Positions 8,701 to 15,987 of a DNA stretch of 30,610 nucleotides are shown here, piece after piece. The position numbers were made by a program, and so were the translations under genes. A model generated the notes under the pieces. That model had not been told where the DNA came from, made no database searches, and saw nothing but the letters and a program-made list of their open reading frames with translations. The stretch's first letter is position 1. Each line of letters opens with the position of its first letter. Location: positions 186,001-216,610 of the forward strand of contig NZ_MWQY01000005.1 in assembly GCF_002087085.1 (NCBI RefSeq), written 5' to 3'.

Positions 8701-11286
8701 GTTCACCAGAAGGGGAAAACCCTCTCCCAGCATTTCTGCTGCGGACCGTTCTTCCAGAAGCTGCAGCAAATCCCGCAGGATCTGACCTTTCAGGGCTGAA
8801 GCCGCATGGGAACGGTAAAAATGGTACAGAAGTCTGTCGATTTCATCACTGACTCCTGCATCGCGATATGCCGCCAGGGCACGGTCTATGGACTGGATAA
8901 ATCCTTGAGGAAGCCCCTTTTCACGGTCTTTCCTGCGCAGAGCATAGTGGGTCAGGAGTTCAGTATAGGTGTGCGGCCTGCTGCCGCTCTCATCTTCAAT
9001 GCTTCGGTTTGAAAAGAGAAGCTCCAGAGCGCAGAATGCCTCCATGCTGCGCAATACCAGCCGGGTAAAAGCATCGGTACGGTCAGGGTTCTGGGTAATA
9101 AAGGCCTCGATCCGGTTAACAAGATCGGAAGAATCCTCCCCTGCATCAAAGCCGAGAAAAATTGCCTGGACTTCATTGGCAATGCGTTCCCAACGCTCCT
9201 GGAGCCCGGGTTCAATATGGGGAAAATCGATTTTAACCGCAGCCGGCTCTTTCGTATCAGTATTGTCCCCGGCCTCCTCCAGCCGGATAAGGGACTGTCC
9301 TGCCGCCACCTGGGTTCCGGGGTTCGCAAGAATCTCAGCGACCTGACCATCCGCAGGCGATTCAATGAGCATCTCCATCTTCATGGCTTCAAGAACCATA
9401 AGGACGCTGCCTTTTCTGACCTCCTCGCCGGCCTTCACGGGAACAGAAAGCACAATAGCCGGGGATGGGGATTTGACGAAGCCCCTGGACTCCTGCTCAA
9501 GAAGAAAGGGTGTTCCGTTGATTTCACACTGAAGGGAATCTCCCCTGGGGACAAGGATAAAGCGGTAACGCTGGCCGTTAAACTCCAGGACGCCCTCATG
9601 GTCAGTGCTGCGATACCTGCATATTACGAAGGCATCGTCCACTATTACGTGAAAGCTGTCTCCGCCTGTATGCAGCACCTTTGCACAATAGGCTGCGCCT
9701 TCAATGGAAAGATTGACCTCCTGCCCGTCCCGGCCCGGAAGGGTTCTCGGTTTTCCCAGACTGGCTAATTCATTGATAAAATTAACCTTCTCTTCCGCTG
9801 AGCGCGACAATGCAATGGTAATCGCCCCGGTCACAAGGGCCGCCCGGAATGTTTCGTCCGGTGCGCGGCGGATTCCCTTTTTGAGGAGCTCTCCCACGTA
9901 GGCGGTGGAAACCCCGCCCGCCTTTACCTCAGGCTGATCCAGAAGCTGCCGCAGGAACGCACGGTTGGTTGTTCCGTTTTCAATGCGGATAGTACACTCG
10001 TCAAGGGCCCTTTTCAGCCGGGAGGCCGCCTCGTCCCGGTCCCGTCCCCGGGCTATGATCTTGGCGACCATGGAATCGAACTCCGGGGGAATCTCCGCAC
10101 CGCTCTCTATTCCCGAATCGACCCTGATGCCGGGACCTGCGGGGGGCCGGAAAAGGTCCACCCGGCCCGGGGCGGGGGAAAATTCCATTCCCGGATCTTC
10201 GGCATTGAGGCGGGCCTCCATTACATGACCCCGGGGTGCCGCGAAACTCACGTCCACTTTTCTCCCGAAGGCCACCTCTATCTGTCCGGTTACAAGATCG
10301 ATCCCGTAGAGTTCTTCCGTAATCGGATGTTCGACCTGAAGCCGGGTATTGACTTCCATAAAATAGAAGCGTCGGGAATCCAGATCGAACAGGTATTCCA
10401 CGGTACCCGCGCCCTCGTAGGAGGCAGCCTTGATGAGCCGTGCCGCGGAGGCCTCCATCTCCTCGATGGTCTCCGGCGGCAGTCCCGCTGGAGGGGTCTC
10501 CTCTATTATCTTCTGGTTCCGGCGCTGCAGGGAACAGTCCCTTACGCCGAAGGTATTTACCGTACCATGACGATCCGCCAGGACCTGAACCTCCAGGTGC
10601 CTTCCCCGCCGGACAAGGTGTTCGATAAAGACAGTCCGGGTACCCGTAACCCGCAGAGTCTCTTCCACGGCGGAGTTATACTGGGATTCCAGCTCCTCGG
10701 GACGCAGAACAAAACGTATTCCCCGTCCGCCTCCGGCATTGGAAGCCTTGACGATAACAGGATACCCGATCTTCTCTGATACTTTTCGGGCTTCTTCGAT
10801 ATTCGATACCGGACCGCGGCTCCAGGGAAGAATGGGAACATCCGCTTTTTCCGCCAGATCCTTCGCCGCTATCTTGTCTCCCAGCAGGGCCATGGCTCTG
10901 CTGTTGGGACCGAGAAAGGTATAACCTTCCTTTTCGACCGCCTCGGCAAAAACCGAGTCCTCCGACACAAAACCCCATCCGACCCACAGGGCGTCGCAGC
11001 CGCCCGCCTTGAGAGCCTCGAGGATAAGGGCATGGTCAAGATAGGGAGAACTTGCCGTACCGGGATACCCCGGAAGGTCTTCGAAACAGACCCGGTAATC
11101 GGCATTCTTGACAAAGGGTGCCTGTTCCTCCCGGGCCGTATAGATAGCCAGAGTCCTGAGTTCTGTTTCAAAACGGGAGTTATATTCACTGACTCCCCGA
11201 ATAAAACGCAAAGCAGCTTCGCCGCGGTTTACGATTCCAATCCGTGAATGTTTGTGTAATACTGGTGTTGCAGTTTGGGGTGCCAA
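5758..11286 (-). CDS. Single-chain multidomain acetyl/acyl-CoA carboxylase (biotin carboxylase + BCCP + central region + carboxyltransferase), 1842 aa
   Basis: BC motifs NRGE, WVGWGF, KASNAGGGRG, RDCSLQRRNQK, EVNTRLQVEH and FDSMVAK. Biotinyl motif EAMKM (Lys636, nt 9379-9381). CT motifs SSGARI, ANLSGFDG and GGAYVV. TTG start 7 nt after a GAGGAGG RBS (11300-11294). Confidence 0.92.
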   Translation of the reverse strand: MAPQTATPVLHKHSRIGIVNRGEAALRFIRGVSEYNSRFETELRTLAIYTAREEQAPFVKNADYRVCFEDLPGYPGTASSPYLDHALILEALKAGGCDALWVGWGFVSEDSVFAEAVEKEGYTFLGPNSRAMALLGDKIAAKDLAEKADVPILPWSRGPVSNIEEARKVSEKIGYPVIVKASNAGGGRGIRFVLRPEELESQYNSAVEETLRVTGTRTVFIEHLVRRGRHLEVQVLADRHGTVNTFGVRDCSLQRRNQKIIEETPPAGLPPETIEEMEASAARLIKAASYEGAGTVEYLFDLDSRRFYFMEVNTRLQVEHPITEELYGIDLVTGQIEVAFGRKVDVSFAAPRGHVMEARLNAEDPGMEFSPAPGRVDLFRPPAGPGIRVDSGIESGAEIPPEFDSMVAKIIARGRDRDEAASRLKRALDECTIRIENGTTNRAFLRQLLDQPEVKAGGVSTAYVGELLKKGIRRAPDETFRAALVTGAITIALSRSAEEKVNFINELASLGKPRTLPGRDGQEVNLSIEGAAYCAKVLHTGGDSFHVIVDDAFVICRYRSTDHEGVLEFNGQRYRFILVPRGDSLQCEINGTPFLLEQESRGFVKSPSPAIVLSVPVKAGEEVRKGSVLMVLEAMKMEMLIESPADGQVAEILANPGTQVAAGQSLIRLEEAGDNTDTKEPAAVKIDFPHIEPGLQERWERIANEVQAIFLGFDAGEDSSDLVNRIEAFITQNPDRTDAFTRLVLRSMEAFCALELLFSNRSIEDESGSRPHTYTELLTHYALRRKDREKGLPQGFIQSIDRALAAYRDAGVSDEIDRLLYHFYRSHAASALKGQILRDLLQLLEERSAAEMLGEGFPLLVNEIVRLSNLGSPKLADAALHARYVLIDQQQLQEQRGRQRKFVESLVSESCSGNSGSFDECTQSFMDLPPSAMTDMMRIIKSTRTGSSELLSELAARYFNRDRKIHSLKTSSDGKDLFRARIDFTEDEENEKDRKGGLLFAAFSPEALERIPGIVRNFPDCESVEVTILISGQGSPGDYIDSLAPFPCKFCALGVYPEQDEPQFTTYQYGDTGKWSINDGAFTFSPLEYRELRVERLKNFHLKLILRSENVTVLEGRAKENEKDMRLFALASTSETDPELSSRQDLTRMLRFERVFNEAVSGIRAAQQNYRFRLQWNRIIIYNRSLLGLRLMQLRDFGYNLVPRTIGLGLEKMVVYSRRKRWREETIREHELIFHNLTADQFTLRSRRPSSVPLTTLDSYALKVVRARQRNEIYPYELIKMITHAGFPLHEGLPRGEFEEFDIEVAADGSGRAVSVKGREPGNNGSNIIFGRISNTDPVSGTVFHRMLILSDPTGDLGSLAEEECRRIICAIDMAEEDSIPVEWVPVSSGARITMDSGTENLDWTAATLKRIIEFTQAGGEINIIVQSINVGAQSYWNAEATMLMHTRGLLIMTDEASMLLTGKRALDFSGSVSGETNVDIGGAEKIMVPNGQAQIRVASVAEAYGVLFQHYRTCYVKPGSSFPEPVECSDPDERDVTTVPYRDSLGQGFTSIGDIFSMDLNPDRKKPFDMRQVMRALVDQDAEILERWRGLEDGDTSLVWETRLGGLSVGMIGIESRSFPRIGALPSDGPDTWSGGTLYPQSSKKLARGLNAFSGRVPAVIIANLSGFDGSPESLRRLQLEYGAEIGRAVVNFRGPLVFLVTARYHGGAYVVFSKRLNPELEVAALEGSFASVIGGAPAAAVVFPKTVRKRTEDDTRVMEARERLKSGEWGYKEFDNLYQTVYNEYQTALGAEFDGIHSVERAREVGSIDHIVKASQMRPYLIDAVRRGMERWEKRSAGSS

Positions 11287-11310
11287 AGGGTCGCCTCCTC
11301 ATGCAGTTTT

Positions 11311-11329
11311 TGTCGGCCGGTGGCCGCCT
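11311..11329. promoter_or_regulatory. Putative operator, copy 1 (TGTCGGCC-GGT-GGCCGCCT)
   Basis: Imperfect copy of the 8-3-8 palindrome, 10 nt upstream of the acc RBS. Confidence 0.55.
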
Positions 11330-11350
11330 TAAAGTCAAGGGAGTATACTC

Positions 11351-11380
11351 ATTCTACACCTGCGCGTCGAGGGCCGGCAA
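11351..11380 (-). promoter_or_regulatory. Candidate sigma70 promoter for acc
   Basis: Minus strand TTGCCG (11380-11375), 18 nt, TAGAAT (11356-11351). An alternative -10, TATACT, lies at 11347-11342. Confidence 0.45.
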
Positions 11381-11397
11381 CACACTTATGGAATGTT

Positions 11398-11416
11398 TTT
11401 CGGCCGATGGCTGATA
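11398..11416. promoter_or_regulatory. Putative operator, copy 2 (TTTCGGCC-GAT-GGCTGATA)
   Basis: Imperfect copy of the 8-3-8 palindrome in the middle of the divergent acc/fabH spacer. Confidence 0.55.
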
Positions 11417-11464
11417 TTTTCTGGATATATTGGACATTCAGGACACTGATAGCCCTGGTACGCC

Positions 11465-11494
11465 TTGACTTTGTTCGGGGATAGTGAGTAAACA
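11465..11494 (+). promoter_or_regulatory. Candidate sigma70 promoter for the fab operon
   Basis: TTGACT (11465-11470), 18 nt, TAAACA (11489-11494). The -10 is weak. Confidence 0.4.
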
Positions 11495-11502
11495 CTGTAT
11501 TC

Positions 11503-11521
11503 AGTCGGCCAATGACCGATA
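11503..11521. promoter_or_regulatory. Putative operator, copy 3 (AGTCGGCC-AAT-GACCGATA)
   Basis: Near-palindromic copy ending 2 nt before the fabH RBS AGGAGG (11524-11529). Confidence 0.6.
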
Positions 11522-11533
11522 TCAGGAGGATTG

Positions 11534-12511
11534 ATGAACGCGACCATCCGGTCGGCAGGTGCATACCTGCCGCCTAAACGAGTAAGCAACCAGGATCTGG
11601 CACAGATTATAGACACCTCCGATGAATGGATACGCAGTCATACCGGAATCGGTTCCCGTCATCTGGCAGAGAGTGAGACAACTTCCGAAATGGCAACAGA
11701 GGCGGCCCGGGAGGCTCTTTCCAGATGCGGTATTTCTGCAGAGGAACTGGATATGATAATAGTGGCCACCAGCACACCGGATTACATCGGATTCCCCGCC
11801 ACGGCCAGTATTGTACAGAATAACATCGGTGCCCTGCGCAGCGGGGCCTTCGACCTTGCTGCAGCGTGTACGGGTTTTGTCTATGCCATGGAGTGCGGCA
11901 GAGGGCTCATTTCTTCCGGTGTGGCCCGAAACGTTCTTGTCATCGGCGCTGAAAAACTATCCAGTCTGGTAAACTGGAAGGACCGCTCAACCTGCGTTCT
12001 GTTCGGAGACGGAGCCGGTGCGGTAGTGCTGAGCGCCTGTGACGACGACAGGGGATTCCTGGCATCCCGTATGCGTTCCGACGGAAGCGGAGCCGACGCC
12101 CTTATCGTACGGGCGGGGGGGATAAAAAATCCCATACGAGGTCAGAATATTCCGGAGGAGGATCTCTATATCGCCATGGACGGACGCAGGGTTTACAACT
12201 TTGCCGTTCAGGTCAATACGGAGCTCTTTGAGGTCCTCCCCGCCGAGGCGGGAATCTCCATTGACGAGATAAAATACATAGTCCCCCATCAGGCCAACGT
12301 ACGAATTATCAAGGCCGCAGCAAAGCGAGCCGGGATTCCCATGGAAAAGTTTTACCTTAACATAGAGGAATACGCAAACACCTCGGCCGCTTCCATTCCT
12401 ATTGCGCTCAACGATTTATGGAAGGATGGGAGACTGAATCCCGGGGATGTCATCATGACTCTGGGCTTCGGCTCCGGTCTCACCTACGGCGGCCAGCTGA
12501 TTCGGCTGTAA
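11534..12511 (+). CDS. fabH: Beta-ketoacyl-ACP synthase III
   Basis: DTSDEWI..TGI, catalytic triad AACTGF / PHQAN / YANTS, LFGDGAGA, GFGSGLT. AGGAGG RBS. Confidence 0.95.
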   Translation: MNATIRSAGAYLPPKRVSNQDLAQIIDTSDEWIRSHTGIGSRHLAESETTSEMATEAAREALSRCGISAEELDMIIVATSTPDYIGFPATASIVQNNIGALRSGAFDLAAACTGFVYAMECGRGLISSGVARNVLVIGAEKLSSLVNWKDRSTCVLFGDGAGAVVLSACDDDRGFLASRMRSDGSGADALIVRAGGIKNPIRGQNIPEEDLYIAMDGRRVYNFAVQVNTELFEVLPAEAGISIDEIKYIVPHQANVRIIKAAAKRAGIPMEKFYLNIEEYANTSAASIPIALNDLWKDGRLNPGDVIMTLGFGSGLTYGGQLIRL

Positions 12512-12529
12512 AGCGTGGGGTGTCATTTC

Positions 12530-12548
12530 TGTCGGTCCTTGACCGACA
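12530..12548. promoter_or_regulatory. Putative operator, copy 4 (perfect palindrome TGTCGGTC-CTT-GACCGACA)
   Basis: Perfect 8-3-8 inverted repeat in the fabH-fabD spacer, overlapping TTGACC (12539-12544). Confidence 0.65.
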
Positions 12549-12568
12549 AAATCAGTGCGTGGTAAGGT
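12539..12568 (+). promoter_or_regulatory. Internal promoter for fabD and downstream fab genes
   Basis: TTGACC, 18 nt, TAAGGT (12563-12568) with an extended TGg, then 8 nt to the ATG at 12577. No SD. Confidence 0.5.
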
Positions 12569-12576
12569 CTCACACA

Positions 12577-13533
12577 ATGAAATCAGATATAAAGAGGAAC
12601 TGTTTCTTATTTCCCGGTCAGGGCGCTCAATTCCCCGGCATGGGCAAGGATTTATGGGAAACCTCTTCAGTGGTAAAAAAGCTCTTTGCAGAGGCTTCGG
12701 AATGGACGGAAACGGACATTCCAAAACTGCTCTTTGAATCGGGAGAGGATGAACTCAAGAGGACTGAAAACACCCAGATAGCCATCACAGCGGTAAATCT
12801 GGCATCCCTGATCATGCTGAAGGACGAGGGAATCACTCCGGATGCCGTCGCGGGTTTCAGTCTCGGAGAGTTCTCCGCCCTGGCTGCAGCGGAGGTACTG
12901 AACTTTGAAGAGCTTTTTCCCCTGGTAAAAAAACGGGGGGAGATAATGGCTGCAGCTGCGGAACGACTCTCCGCCGGAGAAAACGGCCCGGGCATGGCCG
13001 CTGTCATGGGTCTGGCTCCGGAAGCTGTGCAGGAACTCTGTGAAAAATCGGGTCTTGAACTCTACGCGGCCAATTTCAACAGTCCCGAGCAGACTGTCGT
13101 TGGCGGGACCCACGAGGCTCTGCTGAAAGGTAAAGAGTACTTCAGCACCAGGGGTGCCAGACGCTGGATTCCTTTGAAGGTATCAGCCCCCTTTCATACC
13201 CCCCTCATGGAGGAGGCACGGCAGGAGTTCGCAGAACATGTGCGGAAGCTTGTATTCAGGGATCCGAAAATTACCCTGATCTCGAATGTCTCGGGAAAAA
13301 CAGTCTCCAGCGGCACGGAGGCGCAGGAACTGTGCCTTGCCCAGGTAATATCCCCGGTTCGCTGGACGACGGAAGAGGAGACAATCCTCACATTAAAAAC
13401 GGATATCTGCATCGAAGCAGGCCCGGGGAAGGTTCTTTCCGGGCTCTGGAAAAAGACAGGAAGTGAAGTTCCCTGCCTCAATGCGGGGACCCTTGAAGAA
13501 ATCGAAAACATCAGGAAGAGTTACAGTTCATAG
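12577..13533 (+). CDS. fabD: Malonyl-CoA:ACP transacylase
   Basis: LFPGQGAQ..GMG, TENTQ, GFSLGE (catalytic Ser), ANFNSPEQTVVGG, VSAPFH, SPVRW, EAGPGKVL. Confidence 0.93.
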   Translation: MKSDIKRNCFLFPGQGAQFPGMGKDLWETSSVVKKLFAEASEWTETDIPKLLFESGEDELKRTENTQIAITAVNLASLIMLKDEGITPDAVAGFSLGEFSALAAAEVLNFEELFPLVKKRGEIMAAAAERLSAGENGPGMAAVMGLAPEAVQELCEKSGLELYAANFNSPEQTVVGGTHEALLKGKEYFSTRGARRWIPLKVSAPFHTPLMEEARQEFAEHVRKLVFRDPKITLISNVSGKTVSSGTEAQELCLAQVISPVRWTTEEETILTLKTDICIEAGPGKVLSGLWKKTGSEVPCLNAGTLEEIENIRKSYSS

Positions 13534-13542
13534 GAGGACACA

Positions 13543-14283
13543 ATGTTACTGGAAGGAAAAAAAGCCCTGGTCACCGGCGGGGCCCAGGGAATAGGAAAAG
13601 AGATTGTCATGAAGTTTCTGGCCGAAGGAGCATCGGTACACTACTGCGACCTTGCGGAAGGTCCGTTCAAGGCGGAAATGGATGCAGCAGCCAAAGGCGA
13701 TGCAACGGTTACATTTCACAAGGCCAATATTACCGATGAGAACGAGGTCAAGGCCCTGATAAAGGAGATTACCGCCGACGGCAAGCTCGATATACTCGTC
13801 AATAATGCCGGAATTACCCGGGACGGAATGGTATTCCGCATGTCCCTTGACCAGTGGGAGTCTGTACTCAAGGTAAACCTTACCGGTGCCTTTCTGGTAG
13901 CCAGAGAAGTATCCGCCTTTATGGCCATGAAGCAGAAATCCGGCAGCATTATCAATATGGCTTCGGTGGTCGGCCAGATGGGCAATGCCGGGCAGACCAA
14001 CTACTCCGCTTCCAAGGCAGGGCTGATCGGTTTTACCAAGAGCCTGGCAAAAGAGACGGCAAAACGGAATGTCCGGGTCAATGCCGTAGCCCCGGGCTTT
14101 ATTGAAACAGCCATGACCGACAAGCTGACCGAGGATGTCAAGGCAGACTATGCCCGGGCTATTCCCCTGGGAAGAATGGGAAGCCCCGAAGACATCGCCA
14201 ACACCGTTCTCTACCTGGCCAGTGACCTGTCGTCCTATATAACCGGCCAGGTTATCAGGGTCGACGGCGGCCTTGTAATGTAG
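13543..14283 (+). CDS. fabG: 3-oxoacyl-ACP reductase
   Basis: TGGAQGIG, NNAGITRD, GNAGQTNYSASKAG, APGFIET, ITGQVIRVDGG. AGGAGG RBS. Confidence 0.95.
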   Translation: MLLEGKKALVTGGAQGIGKEIVMKFLAEGASVHYCDLAEGPFKAEMDAAAKGDATVTFHKANITDENEVKALIKEITADGKLDILVNNAGITRDGMVFRMSLDQWESVLKVNLTGAFLVAREVSAFMAMKQKSGSIINMASVVGQMGNAGQTNYSASKAGLIGFTKSLAKETAKRNVRVNAVAPGFIETAMTDKLTEDVKADYARAIPLGRMGSPEDIANTVLYLASDLSSYITGQVIRVDGGLVM

Positions 14284-14313
14284 AGATACAGATAAAGACG
14301 AAGGGAGATAGAT

Positions 14314-15561
14314 ATGGAACGCCGACGAGTCGTCGTGACCGGCATGGGGACGGTAAACGCCCTTGCCCATGACATAGAAAACACCTGGCAGGCAATCAAG
14401 GCCGGGAAAAGCGGGATTGCACCCATAAGCCTGTTTGACACCACCGATTTTGCCTGTACCGTAGCCGGCGAAGTCAAAAACTTCGACCCGAGTCTCTGGA
14501 TGGATAAAAAGGAGGCTCGAAAACTTGCCCGTTTCAGTCAGTTTGCCATGGCCGCGGCGGCCCAGGCGCTGGAAGACTCGGGACTGGATAAAGGCTGCGG
14601 CGATCCCGAACGGGTCGGCGTTATCCTCGGGAACGGTATCGGGGGATACGAGGTAACCGAAGAGGGAGTACGAAACCTGGCGGAACGGGGTCCCAAGGGG
14701 GTCGCACCCATGACTATCCCCAAGCTTATCAGTAACGAGGGGCCCGCAAACGTCGCTATCAAGTACGGATTTTACGGCCCCTGTTACTGCGTGGTTACCG
14801 CCTGTGCCTCCGCTACCGATGCCATCGGCGCGGCGCTGAACTCCATCAGGATCGGGCAGAGCGATGTGGTGGTTACCGGAGGCATGGAAGCAGCTATAAC
14901 CCCCTTCGGAATCGCCGGATTCCTGCGCCTGACGGCCCTTTCCACCAAATACAATGATACTCCCACCGCCGCCAGCCGGCCCTTCGACAGGGACCGGGAC
15001 GGTTTTGTAATGGGAGAAGGTGCGGGGATTCTCGTTCTCGAAGAGCTCGAACACGCCCTCAAACGGGGAGCTCCCATATATGCGGAAGTGGCGGGTTACG
15101 GTATCAGCTGTGATGCCTTCCATCTGACAAGTCCCGATGCAACTGGAGAAGGTCCCGCCCGCTCCATGCGACTGGCCCTCCAGGACGCGGGTATGGAACC
15201 GTCTCAGATCGATTACCTCAATGCCCATGGCACATCCACACCGACCAACGATCCCCTGGAAACCATGGCAATAAAAAAGGCCTTTGGGGATCATGCGTAT
15301 AAAATGCCGATCTCCTCAACCAAATCCATGACGGCCCATATGATCGGCGGTGCAGGAGGCATGGAGGCCATTCTGAGCATTCTTGCCATGAAGAACGGTT
15401 TTATTCCTCCCACCATCAATCTTGAGAATCCCGATGAAGCCTGCGATCTGGACTATGTTCCCAATACAGGGCGAAAAGCCGAGCTGAAAGCCGTCATGTC
15501 TGACAATCTTGGTTTCGGCGGACACAACGGAACAGTAATTTTTAGAAAATACGAGGAGTAA
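14314..15561 (+). CDS. fabF: Beta-ketoacyl-ACP synthase II
   Basis: RRVVVTGMG, TACAS (catalytic Cys), SRPFDRDRDGFVMGEGAG, NAHGTST, SSTKSMTAHMIG, GFGGHN. Confidence 0.95.
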   Translation: MERRRVVVTGMGTVNALAHDIENTWQAIKAGKSGIAPISLFDTTDFACTVAGEVKNFDPSLWMDKKEARKLARFSQFAMAAAAQALEDSGLDKGCGDPERVGVILGNGIGGYEVTEEGVRNLAERGPKGVAPMTIPKLISNEGPANVAIKYGFYGPCYCVVTACASATDAIGAALNSIRIGQSDVVVTGGMEAAITPFGIAGFLRLTALSTKYNDTPTAASRPFDRDRDGFVMGEGAGILVLEELEHALKRGAPIYAEVAGYGISCDAFHLTSPDATGEGPARSMRLALQDAGMEPSQIDYLNAHGTSTPTNDPLETMAIKKAFGDHAYKMPISSTKSMTAHMIGGAGGMEAILSILAMKNGFIPPTINLENPDEACDLDYVPNTGRKAELKAVMSDNLGFGGHNGTVIFRKYEE

Positions 15562-15564
15562 ACT

Positions 15565-15987
15565 ATGAAAGATATACAAGAACTGCTGCCCCACAGAAAG
15601 CCCTTCCTGTTCGTGGATGAACTTTTGGAAGTCTCGGAGGAAAAGATAATCGGAAAGCGTACTTATACGCCGGAGGAGTTCTTTTTCCCCGGTCATTTTC
15701 CCGAGTATCCGGTTGTTCCCGGGGTGATCCTGGTGGAGACCATGGCCCAGTGCGGCGGTGCGGGGGTTCGTCAGCTCGGCAGCCTGGGAGACGATACCCT
15801 CTTTTTTCTTGCCGCCATCGAAAAGGCCAAGTTTCGCCGGCAGGTCCGCCCCAACGAGACTATCCGGATGGAGATAAGCAACGACCGAATCTCTGCAAGA
15901 ATGATCAAACAGAGCGGCAAGTGCTATGTCGATGACGAACTGGCCTGTGAGGCTTCATGGCTTTGCCTGGTGGGGGATAAAGCATGA
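15565..15987 (+). CDS. fabZ: 3-hydroxyacyl-ACP dehydratase
   Basis: LPHRKPFLFVD, GHFPEYPVVPGVILVE.MAQ, AKFRRQVRP. GAGGAG RBS at the end of fabF. Confidence 0.93.
   Translation: MKDIQELLPHRKPFLFVDELLEVSEEKIIGKRTYTPEEFFFPGHFPEYPVVPGVILVETMAQCGGAGVRQLGSLGDDTLFFLAAIEKAKFRRQVRPNETIRMEISNDRISARMIKQSGKCYVDDELACEASWLCLVGDKA

Noticed and set aside
11311..11521. The repeated palindromes read as a mini-CRISPR or REP array
   Set aside because: The copies are short (19 bp), degenerate and irregularly spaced, sit at promoters, and there are no cas genes. An operator fits better.
14284..14313. AGATA micro-repeats between fabG and fabF, or an acpP remnant
   Set aside because: Only 30 bp of purine-rich spacer containing the RBS. 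Too short to support either idea.
13546..15294. 582-aa antisense ORF spanning fabG-fabF
   Set aside because: It lies wholly opposite two well-conserved genes and has no recognisable motifs. Long shadow ORFs are expected in GC-rich coding DNA.
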